NCBI GenBank assembly: GCA_001275005.1
Contig: JWZX01002939.1
Coordinates: forward strand, 1-38,918
Direction of reading: 5' to 3'
Length of the DNA: 38,918 bases
From: Chrysochromulina tobinii
Lineage: Eukaryota
Position numbers and translations under genes: made by a program. Positions 19,001-28,579 of the stretch are shown one piece after another (the first letter of the stretch is position 1; every line of letters starts with the position of its first letter). The notes under the pieces are model-generated. The model was not told the origin of the DNA. It did no database searches and worked only from the letters and a program-made list of their open reading frames with translations.

Positions 19001-19453
19001 GTGCACTTCGAGCTCACTCCACCAGGCCGTGCTCGCAGCGCGCAGCACCCACACGCCCTGCTCATCCGGGAGAATCTGAGTTATGGCTGGCCGCTCTGTC
19101 AACTCGGGTGGTAGCACGAGAGGCGCAATACGAAAGTGATTGCTCGCGCTTTCGATGCGCACGGTCCAGCTGGGGACGGCGCCGGCGACGGCGTGCATTA
19201 CGAGTGTCGCGGTGCCATTTTTGCCATCGGTGATTTGCGCTGTGGCAACGTTGTCAGATATGTGCGCTGTGCCAGCAATGCGGCAAGCGTCAACTTTGCA
19301 TGCCGTCGAGGTGACCACACCGTCGATTCTGTATGCCGGCATCGCTCTTCCGCCCACCGGACGTAGACCGGCGCATGAGGGCGATTCGGCGCATGTCGTG
19401 CGGAACTTGGAGGCGTCGAATGCCGAGACGAGGACAGCGGCGAAAGCCGACAT
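16001..19453 (-). CDS. GANAB: Glucosidase II alpha subunit (GH31)
   Basis: DASKFRTTC N-terminus, HRLFNLDVF, LYGSLPF, WALGYHQSHWN, WIDIEHT, nucleophile WNDMNEPSVF, acid/base WTGDN, GADVGGFF, FFRGHAH. Confidence 0.92.
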   Translation of the reverse strand: MSAFAAVLVSAFDASKFRTTCAESPSCAGLRPVGGRAMPAYRIDGVVTSTACKVDACRIAGTAHISDNVATAQITDGKNGTATLVMHAVAGAVPSWTVRIESASNHFRIAPLVLPPELTERPAITQILPDEQGVWVLRAASTAWWSELEVHSEPLALRLFVGRVGSARIHQQIPAVVLNSRGLLQFGGCSDRPDAWGGFIDSRPHGCTAYGADVFFPGALEAFGLPERAEPLALPITLEPLTLATVSGTGATDAPLTPSFTPLREPHRLFNLDVFKYGPGTPVGLYGSLPFLLAHGRRHAAGALWLSAAETYVDLWREHQASAAGSGSSSGSGAASGAASGTGSGGSGGSGGGGMGSYWQSEGGAMEVILFGGPSAGHVLAQLVACTGTPPLPPLWALGYHQSHWNIRSQAQVEGLDRNFDRYGVPLDAVWIDIEHTLGKRYFTFDGAVFPEPEALRRRLSPKGRRLVGIADPHLKADADYELHRIAAAAGLLVTRHDGSAFVGECWPGKSSYLDLLQPKARALWSSLYVHGPQERLNASSDSMPALSGEGSTAAERAQAKAEPASSLRSVGRRQASLGWPLWMHAWNDMNEPSVFDEAELTLPRDALHRLPRGWDGDATDDPADAGRSDAERGGGGGDEEGSSSDGGKDAHVEHRLVHNAYGTLQARATFEGMRVRPGSEFERPFVLSRAFFVGSQRYGAVWTGDNSASWEHLRLSFAMVLSLSLSGMPFTGADVGGFFGTPEPELLSRWYQAAAYLPFFRGHAHLDSPRREPFLLPAPYAAAAADAIRERQRLLPYWYTLFWEASEANGDQVGLPIVAPPWLRLGVPQPKSSPPLGADGEPKQAFNHVSGNAGRGGTSSSTAAAAAASTIDVGAADRATQAALRREEQWMVGGALLVQPVAHPAVLSAVVELPAGGGEGVLWYEMGAAASGRPYRGGSRVHVPTPLDATPRFQLGGTIVPRRERVRRSALLAVYDPLTLHVAPDATGSARGRIFLDDGVGAAEGVGRPSLEFELTFSCALPLPLPAASPEMPSPSPEMPSEYDAILVNSTSCTLRAAPTYAHPPTYQLPRRVHVETILLRGTMAADATAVLVLDTLAGSATVEHDVRVRASAQGLLLTRMQAPMDAKWTVRLDRGGGRPIWPEGLQYQ

Positions 19454-19590
19454 GACGAAGCCGACAAGAATCTTTGGGCGCGGTGCGTGTACGAAGGGCG
19501 AAGATGTCGAGAAAAGAAAGGAACGTCACTAAGAAGGTAAGTGCGGAGAGATGAGATTTCACAGGATTGCAATTGCCCCTCACGAGACAC

Positions 19591-22500
19591 ATGGAGCCTC
19601 TTCGAGAGCCACTTCATCCCAGCCTGCTTGAGGCGATTCGAGATTCGGGACTGGACTCCGACGAGCTCGCCACAACCCTCAAGCCGTTGCTCCAAAGTAT
19701 TTCGGTACGCCCAGAGTTCCTTGGACACTCCACAGCTGCTGCCGCTGCTACGCCACGAGAACACCCATCCGGCTTGCCCTATGTTACAAACTACCACCCC
19801 TGTGTTACAAATGCCACACCTTCCCGCTTCCTCAGGACACATACTATCGGAACGAAGCCGCCCGACAGTCAGAGCTCGGTGAATCTGCGGATCTGTTCCC
19901 GATGTTCAAGGCTGATATGGCGGGAGTGATCATCGACTGGAACACGCAGCTCGCGCGGGTATCAGGCGTCCCCGCAGGCGAGGTCGTGGGTCGACCCCTG
20001 ATCGAGCTGGTACGGCCAGATGGGCGCGAGGCTGTCGTGCCCTGTCTCGCCAAGGCGTTGCAGGGTCAGATGTCGCGCGATGTGAGCGTCTCGCTCATGC
20101 TCGACCGCGGCTGGCAGGTCACGCTCTTGCTAGGCCTCTCGCCGCGCTACGACGGTGGCGGCGAGCGAATCGTGGGCGTTCTTGGACTCGCCCAGGTGCT
20201 CACGGCGGTATCGCCAGCGCCGGTGCTGGGTGCCGCCGGCGCCGGCACGAGTGCGCATGCCGGCGTCGCCTCTGATGCCGTGGGCCATCACGGCGTGAGC
20301 GACACTCTCGAGGCTCATGAGCTGCGCGAGCTCATCGATGCGGCGGCTGTGCCCTTGATGAGCGTCGACACGCGAGGGCGTGTCGAGGCGTACAACAAGC
20401 GGATGGCGACGCTGTCGGGGGCCGCGGCCACCGAAGTGATCGATGCGACTCTCTGGAAAGCCGCGCCCCTTTAGTGCGGGCGACACGGCCAGTCTGCTCC
20501 GCTCGGCCTTCGAGCGTGCGTTGAGCGGTGAACACGTCATCGGGGTCGACCTCGTCATCCGCACCAGCCGTGGGACCGGTGCTGCCCTGCAGATCAACGC
20601 CTCGCCGATTTATTCTAGGCGCGACGACGGCGCTTGCTGTGGCGATGGCAGCAGCAGCGTCGCCGGCAGCGACAGCAGCAGCGGGGGCACGAGATTCACG
20701 AAGGTCGTGCGCGGCGTCGTGTTCGTGGGTGTGCTGGACCCGTTGCACCAGCGCTCTATGGAGCAAGTGCAGCTCGCGCGTAGCCTGCTCGTGCAAGGCG
20801 AAGGGAGCGAGCGACGAGGACCGCGGGTCGACCTCGCCTCGCTCTCGCATGATTTGCGCACTCCCCTCAATGGCATGCTGGGCTCCCTTGAGCTCGCGCT
20901 GCAACAGCCGATGAGTGCCCCGATCCAAGTGCCCTTGCGGCACGCGATGACTTCGGGAAACCACCTGCTCGATCTCGTCAACGACCTGCTCGCCCTCCAC
21001 GGCACCGTTGAACTCGAGCGGCAGCGTTTCAACCTGCGTGAGCTGCTAGAGGAGCACTCGAAGGCGTGCGCTGTGCAGGCGCGCGAAAAGTCGGTTCGCT
21101 TTCAGTGGACAGTGGGAAAGTGCGTGCCCAAGCATGTTTTGGGCGATCGGCGGAGGCTACTCCAGGTGATCAACCACCTGACGGCCAACGCGCTGCGCTC
21201 GACAAGCCGTGGAGAGATCTCGATAAGCGCCGAAGTGGTCCACGAGACCCAGGGTGCGATCAAGCTGCAGCTGGTGGTGATCGATACGGGCGTGGGGGTG
21301 CAGCAAGAGGTGCTCGACGAGGCGACCGCAGTGCTGCTGCACGAGGACGCCGAGAAGGCCATCGAGCTGAGCTCGTGGCGCAACGCCCGAGCCGTCGGGC
21401 GTACCGCCGCCCTGGGCATCGCCATCTGCCATCAGCTACTTTCGTCCATGGGAGGAAGCCTCATGGTCAAATCGACCTACGGTGAGGGATCAAGGGTCGA
21501 GGCCATGTGCTTGCTCGAGAAGACCTATTCGAACACTGTCATCGAGCGCCGGAATTCACGTGAATCGGTAGCATCGGAAGTCTCGGAGCAGTCGGAGAAG
21601 GATGCAAGGGTGCCCTGCCCATTCGAATTCAAGGCGGGAGGCACGCGCAACGCCGAGCCCGAGGGCAAGGCGGGCGCCGGAGGCACCAGCAGCACCGATG
21701 AGGATGTCAGCTCATCGACGCACAGCCAATGCCAGCATCTTGGCAAAGTCAAGGGCGGCGGCATCGACGTCGACACCGACCGCTCCACCCACTCGAATGA
21801 GACAGACGAGGTGAGCGTGGGTCGTGGCGCCGTCGACGACGACGGGGAGGCGCAGCGGCGCTTCGAGGTGCTCGTCGTCGAGGACAATGACCTCAACGCG
21901 TGGGTGGTTTGCAGCATGTTGCAGGGCCGTGGCCACCTCGTACGCCACGTGCCCGATGGCAGTGCAGCCGTTGAGCTCGTAGGCTACACCCTGCGTCATG
22001 CCGACGCGCCCCGGATCGACCTGATCTTAATGGACTGCTCCATGCCGATCGTCGACGGCTACACGGCCACTGCTCTGATCCGCTATCTCGAGGCGGGTGA
22101 GCTCGAGGGCGCTGCCGCCGCCGGGGCTGCCGCCACCGGGCTTCGCTCGTGCACAACCTCGGGCATGTCGGTGCCCATCATCGCGCTCACTGCGTTCGCG
22201 ATGGCAGCGGACCGCGTCAAGTGCCTAGAGGCTGGCATGGACGACTACATGACCAAACCCGTGGGCAAATCTTCGTTGCTCAAGCTAGTCGATCGTTACC
22301 GCCGCGCCGGCTTGGGACTGGGCGGCGCCGCCCCGTCGTCGCAGTTGCAGAGCGATGCCAACCAGCTGCTGCCCGCGCGCGGCGGCCTGCGACCACACCT
22401 GCCATACGTGCTCAGCTTCCGCGAACGGTTATGCGAGATCGCCTTGAGCATGCGCCGTGCCGCCTCGCAGGGCCTCTTCAAGGCCGTGATCGACGAGGCG

Positions 22501-24168
22501 GAGCAGCTGAGTCAGCTGTGCGTGCTGCCCGAGCTCGACGAGGTGCGGCAGGCCGCCGACGGCATCGCCAAGCTCACGGTCAGCGCCGGTGGTGGCGAGG
22601 GCGAAGTGTGTGGGGCGATCGGGGGGGACGCTGCCACCTCGAATGCGGAGGCAGTTGGCAGGTTGAGTGCGGAGGGTGGTTCGTTGGCGTCGTTGACGCT
22701 CCAGGTGGACGCGGCGGTGTCAATGCTCTCCGTGATGCTCGGATCGCTCGGCGTGGAGCGCAGCTCCGTCGGCGTGAACAGCTCCGCAAGCGTGAACAAC
22801 TCCGCAGGCGTGAACCGCTCCGCAGGCGTGAAGGCGCCACCAGCGAGGCTGGTGAGCACCACAGCGCCGGCTGCTCAGGACGCCAGTGCGAGCGGAGTCG
22901 CTGCCAGAGGCGTGGGCGAGACCGCTGCACCGCCGCTGCTGCACCCTCCAGCCGCGAGCGCACCAACTGGCCCCCGCTCATCGCAATCTGCCAAGACCGC
23001 CGCCGCCCCGACGATGGAATTGCTTGCCGCCGTCGGCGCAGCGTGTTCCACACCGGAGCCTCAACCCCCACCGCCCGAAGCACCGCCTCCACACGATGCC
23101 AAATCCATCCTCGACCCGAAGAAGATGCTCGAAGAAATTGGGGGCGAGCGCACCACGATGCTTCGGCTGCTTGCCAAGTTCGCCGACCATGCGAAGCCGA
23201 CGATCGACGGTCTGCGACGCGCGGCGGACGCACGTGAATGGAGCACGGTGCGGCGCGAGGCTCACTCGCTCAAAGGGTCGTCGGGCTACGTGGCGAGCGA
23301 GAGTCTCCGTTCGGCGGCACTGGCGCTGCAGAAGGCGGCTGAGGAGGCGCTTCAGGGCCCCGAGCATGAGGCGCCTGTTTCGGCGTTCGTTAACCGCGTC
23401 GCGTCAGAGATGGAACTTGTCTTGGCGGCCATCCACAACGAGCTGCAAGGCTCCGCACTGAATGCGGCACAGGGAGCGTCGGCGGTGCCCACAGTCAACC
23501 CGCGAGCGGGCAATTTCAACGGCGCTCCCGCCGCCGGTAGCGGTGCAGCAGGTGACTCTGGAGCGGCAGCGGTCGTCCCAAGGGCTCCCACGACGCCTAT
23601 GGCGCCAGCGGCTGTTTCGAGCGTGCCGCCGAGCGTGCCTCCCGCCACGCAAGCAGCCATGTCGGTCGAGCCGGCCGCGTCCATTTCACCAGCCGCATCG
23701 GCCGTCCCGGCCGTCCCGACCTTTCGAGCAGCGCCTCTGGCCGCCCCGCTGGTTGCGCCGGTGCCAGCGGACCATAGCAGCGATCCAGAAGCCGTGCTGG
23801 ACTGGACCAGGGCGCTGGCCAATTTTGGCGGCGACGCGGCCATCTTGCATCGGCTCCTCACCAAATTTGAGGAGCGCGCGAAGCCTTGCATGGACAAGAT
23901 CCGCCGCGCCGCACAAGGCGGTGACCTAAACACCTTGCAACGCGAGGCGCATTCATTGAAGGGAACAGCCGGCTACATTGGAGCCGGGCACCTACAGCAG
24001 GCTGCCGTCGCCTTCGAGCAGCAGGTCGATCAAGCCGTGAATGAGCCGTCGACCGAGCAAAGTTTGATGCGGTCCCCGACGGGCCGATTTGATGCGGCCA
24101 TCGAGCGCATCGCCGATGAGCAACGACGGGTGCTCGTGGTCATAGCCGCAAGGCTCCGGCCAAGCTGA
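19591..24168 (+). CDS. Cytosolic hybrid histidine kinase PAS-PAS-HisKA-HATPase-REC-(pseudo-HPt)-HPt-HPt; one intron and one +1 frame break
   Basis: Exon 1 is 19591-19704. Intron 19705-19835 reads GTACGC...CCTCAG (phase 0). Exon 2 from 19836 gives PAS1 and half of PAS2 to TAG 20472-20474; the +1 frame continues to 24168. H-box SHDLRTPLNG (His 20848), DTGVG, receiver VEDN...LMDCSMP (Asp 22033)...TA...KP, AHSLKG at 23263 and 23950. Confidence 0.9.
22762..22833 (+). repeat. 18-bp degenerate coding repeat x4 (xSAGVN)
   Basis: AGCTCCGTCGGCGTGAAC / AGCTCCGCAAGCGTGAAC / AACTCCGCAGGCGTGAAC / CGCTCCGCAGGCGTGAAG in the kinase linker. Confidence 0.85.
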
Positions 24169-24589
24169 GTGCTCAAAGGGTGGCAGCAGTGTCATGCGGA
24201 CCATGCGGGTACACCTACAAGCGAAGTAACGAGAGATAGCGTCGGCAGGGCCATGTGCGCTGGGCAGCTTGACGACCGAACCGACGTCAGACATCCCACG
24301 GCGCGGGGTACGTAATGAATGCGGGAGGTCGAGACTTCCGAGACCGAAGCACGTTACCATACAGACCGCACTTGAGAGATGATTAACGCTTGAGTTGAAA
24401 CGTGTTACCATGTAGAAAAGTACTTATGCTACGCAGACCCAACCTCGAAACCTAAAAACGCGTCTATTCTTTAACGTGCATGCCGGCGAATGCGCGAGCG
24501 GCGATAGCGGAGCTTAGACGAGCCTGGGTTCGCCACGTCGACCACGTTGTGCTGTACGGGATCCTCTGCCGCCGCAGCCTGCGTGCGCG

Positions 24590-25543
24590 TCAGAGGTGGA
24601 AGCGGCGTCGCGAATGGCGATCGAGCTCTGCCTGGCGCTTCCACTCGTACTCGCCATGCTGCGTGTCGAATGTACCCATCTGCAGCGACTTGAGACGAAG
24701 CGTAAAGCGCGGGCCGAGCTCCTGCAGCCGCGCGGCCACGCGGCGTTTCTTGCCCTCGCCCTTCTCTTCGAAGATATAGCGATGGTGGCGGAAGAAGACA
24801 AAGTCGCGCTGGTTGTGCATCGTGATCACCTGCCGGCCGCGGAACTGCGGATCGTGCGGCACGAGGCATGCAAGCAGCCGGCCTACCCGGTGGCCCAGCC
24901 GCGTGCCAAAGTTGTTTAGGATGAGCTCCGGCCGATGGTTGCTCGGCGTCCCGTGGCCGGTAATCTCCTTGGGCATGCGCAAGCTGCTCACCTTAAAGCG
25001 CGCCGTCGGTCCGCCCGGGCCTCCGCGCGGGTCGAGCTTGATCAGCCACAGCCCAGTTGGCCGCTTGGCGCGCTCGGTGAAGACGAGCAGCATGGTGAAA
25101 CCGCGCTGGCTGGCTGCCTGCACGACTGCCTTGATGGGGATGGCACCACGCTGCCGGTACTCGGAGTTGGGCAGCAGACCGAGGATCTCGTTGACAAACT
25201 CAAGCAGCTGCTTCGATGGGTACTGCCCAGTCGTAATGACTATCCTGGGCGGCTCGGCGCCTGCGAAGTGGCTCGCAAACTCGTCCATCCTGTCCTCGCC
25301 AGCGACCTCCTCATCGCCCGGTTGCACCACCGTTGCGTCGTAGTCGCGCGTGTTCTCGAGCGTGCGCTGCGCATGCCGTTCTGGAGCCTCATCACCGAGC
25401 GCCTCTGCTTCCTTCTGACGCGTCTTTCGCTCCTTCTTCGCCGTCCTCTCGCCCTCCTTCTTAAGCTTCTGCACGACCGCACGACGTTTGATCTTGTTTT
25501 TGATCAAGGGAACCTTCTTGCCACCGATCTTTCCCTTGCCCAT
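24590..25543 (-). CDS. RPF1: Ribosome production factor 1 (Brix domain)
   Basis: ATG 25543 (MGKGK); IKNKIKR, RTLENTR, DEFASHF, PELILNNFGTRLG, HNQRDFVFFRHHRY, LQELGPRFTLRL, GEYEW...RRRFHL. Confidence 0.93.
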   Translation of the reverse strand: MGKGKIGGKKVPLIKNKIKRRAVVQKLKKEGERTAKKERKTRQKEAEALGDEAPERHAQRTLENTRDYDATVVQPGDEEVAGEDRMDEFASHFAGAEPPRIVITTGQYPSKQLLEFVNEILGLLPNSEYRQRGAIPIKAVVQAASQRGFTMLLVFTERAKRPTGLWLIKLDPRGGPGGPTARFKVSSLRMPKEITGHGTPSNHRPELILNNFGTRLGHRVGRLLACLVPHDPQFRGRQVITMHNQRDFVFFRHHRYIFEEKGEGKKRRVAARLQELGPRFTLRLKSLQMGTFDTQHGEYEWKRQAELDRHSRRRFHL

Positions 25544-25740
25544 CGTTAAACAGGTTGTGCGAGGAGCTAGAACTAGAGCCTCGTCGCACGAGAGTCCGCA
25601 CGAGTGCCTGTGAAGACGTGTGAACATACTTGAGTGCAGGTGTATTGAGGGAAACTCGGGAGACTCCGAAGACGCTTCGCTCCTCTCCGTATGTATTCCG
25701 GTAGGAACCTACGAAACTCAACGACACAAATATGTTGCGA

Positions 25741-28579
25741 ATGCGGTCCCTCGTGACCGCTGCCTCTGCGGCTACCGCTCTGTCCCTCATCACAGCGCGC
25801 GCTTCAGAGAACAAAGCTGCGTTGCCCACGCTGCACGAGGCGCTCATCACCTCGCCCACAGGCCGGAGATTTGCAACAGCGTCGCCGCTCAGCGGCACTT
25901 CGTGGGCGCTTTCGTTTTCAGCGCAGGATTTGCGCGTGGACGATGCTCCGTCTACGCATTCGCACTTGATAAATATCGACGAGACTGACGGGACGGCGAG
26001 CTTGGTTGCGACCTTTGCAGTGGATAGCAGCACTACAACGTCGTCCCCACGCCACGGCCTTGAGTTTCGTCAGGTAGCTGTGGATGGCAGCAAGAAGCTT
26101 GCTGTGGAGGTGTGGCTATCCTCGGGCGGGCGCCTGGCACGGCGCGTCGTTGACGGCGTCGGGCCCAAGGTGCTCCCTCCCGGCGTGTTTGGGAAGCCCC
26201 AGTTCTCCTCGTCGGGCTCTCGGATCGCCTGGACCGCTGAACGACTGCCTGCCGGTACAGACGCGGTGGGCTACTGGCCCAAGGCTGGCGGCGCGGCTTC
26301 GATGTCCTCTGAACCGAGGGTCCTCGATGGCAAATTCGCCCTTTCGGACGCGCGCACCACTGGCGAGGCGTTGCTCGTGCACAGCTCGGTGCTCGTCGTA
26401 TGGGACTGGCGCACCGATGAGCTCGCCGTCATTACGCCCGAATCTGTTCTGCCTGCAGGCAGTCTGCCAAGAGAGGGCGTTGCCATCGCTGCGCATCCCA
26501 TTTTTGACGGTTCTGACTCCGGGCTCATCTTTGGCTGCCATCTGCTGCCACCGTGGCGCCCTGGTCTCTCCGCGTGCCTGAACCGCCCAACCAAACTCTT
26601 CCACCTGTCTGAGCCACTGCATGCGGCGCGCCTCTCCAAGGCGCCAGCAAACGCGCCCGCCGCCGCGCCCGCCGCCGCCGCCGCCCCCTCCGCCCCACTC
26701 GGTGGGCCGGCGCCCACGGCCATTTGCCTCACGCCGTCGCTGTACTTTGCGCACTTTCCACGCTTGAGCCCCGACGGGCGCACTCTCGCCTTCGCCGCTC
26801 GCGCCGACCGCTTCGCCGGCCATGCGACGACCGTCGACTTGCGCCTCATGGCATGGCCGCCTGCCTCCCTCGAAACGACCGACGACCAGGCGACCCTCGC
26901 GACACTGTCTCCTGACACGAAGGTACTGCTGCACGCGGAGGCCGAGGTCGACGTCGCGGCAGTTGGAGCGGGCGAGGCCTTCGGTGGCTGGAGCGGTTTC
27001 CACGACGAGCTTGCCTCGTTGACGTGGCAAAACAGTGGTACAGTGGTATGTAGTGAAGAGACTCGAACGCCCTTTGTGTTTGCGTTTGCCCTGGGCTACG
27101 TTGCTAACCTTGGTCCTGTGACTTCGAGTCTCGCCCTTGTTTCAGCTCTTTGCAACGCTCGCTGGCGCGCGGAAGGCCGTGTACGAGTTGCGGGTGGCCC
27201 CCAAAGCCCCCAAAGCCCACGAATCAACCTCCACCGGCAACGCCACAGCCAACCTCGAGGCCAATGACGCCGCGCCCATGCCGACCCCCGTGCGTCCCCC
27301 CGGCTGGGACGGTGGCTCTGTCGAGTTGCTCGGGGTCAGCGGACAAACCGCTCTCTTCCAGTGCTCGTCGCTGCGCTCGCCACCCTCTGTGTGGGCACGC
27401 AGGCAGACTGCGAAAGGGTATGACTGGACGCTCGTCGTCGATACCTTTGCCCAACTGAAGGAGGCTGGGTACTGGCCCGACGTGGCCACTAGCGGTGGCA
27501 GCACCGGCGCTGGTAATGAAGGCACTCCCGGCAGTGGTTCGGCACCAGTGCAACCCCGGATGGGCTCGGGCAAGTTGTGGACCCTCGCGGACGAAGCTCT
27601 GAGCGAACTGCGGCGGGCTCGCCTTGAACGAGTGCGTTTGTCAGCCGAGGAAGGAGGCGCTGAGGCGCTGGTAATCATCCCCAGCGCCGCTACACGTGCG
27701 TCCACCGACGAGGCGACGGGAGGACGCTGTCCATGGGTGCTCCGTCCTCACGGCGGTCCCCATGCGGCGTGCATGGACCTGTTTAACGTGGAGATTTCCC
27801 TGTTGCTCGCGAGTGGCGTGGCTGTCATCCTGCCTAACTACCGCGGCTCCCTCGGCTACGGTGCCGCGTTTGCGCAGGCGCTCATCGGGCATGTTGGCGA
27901 GATGGATGTCACGGATTGCGCGGCTCTTACACGCGCGGCGCTGCAGCAGTTCTCGGCTGAGCTCGACCCTGACCGCGGGGCGGTTTATGGTGGCTCGCAT
28001 GGTGGGTTTTTGACTGCATGGCTGCTCGGCTCGGCGGCGCATTCGGAGCTGTACGCATGCGGCGTTCTGTGGAATCCGGTGGTGGACCTGGCGGGGTGCA
28101 GCCTCGTCCGCCCCCTCCGCCCCCCGCCATGCCCCCTCCGCCCCCGCCATGCGCACTCTGCCTCTCATGTCTGAGCCCAGGCCCTCTCCTCGTTTGGCAG
28201 AATGTATGGCGCCACGGATATTCCGGAGTGGGTGGTGGCGGAGGGGCTGGGGATGACGGAGGACGTACGCTGGCCGCTCGTGCCCGAGCAGGTGGCGGAG
28301 CTGCATCGGCGCTCTCCCATCTCGGTCGTGGATCACGTGCACGTTCCTGCACTGATGATCCTCGGCGCCGCGGACCAGCGAGTCCCTCCTTCACAAGGCC
28401 GTCAGTGGGTTGCGGCGCTCCAACAGCTTGGCAAGTGCCCAGAGGTCCGAGCAGTCAGCTTCCCTGGTGAGGGCCACGCCATAGCCTCCAGCGGGGCCAA
28501 TGCGCATGCGCAGCAGACGGCGGTCGCGTGGCTCATCCAGCAGCTGCGACGCCGCCCATCGGCCACGTCCTCGTCCTGA
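25741..28579 (+). CDS. APEH: Acylamino-acid-releasing enzyme (peptidase S9C), three exons
   Basis: Exons 25741-27045, 27146-28095 and 28201-28579. Introns GTATGT...(GCTAAC)...TTTCAG and GTGCAG...TGGCAG restore the frame (NPVVDLAG-MYGATDIPEW). Motifs HGGPH, NYRGSLGYG, GGSHGG (Ser), DQRVP (Asp), GHAI (His). Confidence 0.9.

Noticed and set aside
20390..20474. Intron ending at CCCCTTTAG as an explanation of the HK frame break
   Set aside because: Frame-restoring GT donors (20390, 20414) would delete the conserved PAS core, and the nearer GT at 20436 keeps the wrong frame. Disfavoured, but only RNA data can exclude it.
22149..23237. 362-aa alternative-frame ORF, and many similar Arg/Ala/Pro-rich ORFs across the window
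   Set aside because: Expected from high GC and codon bias inside real genes; no motifs
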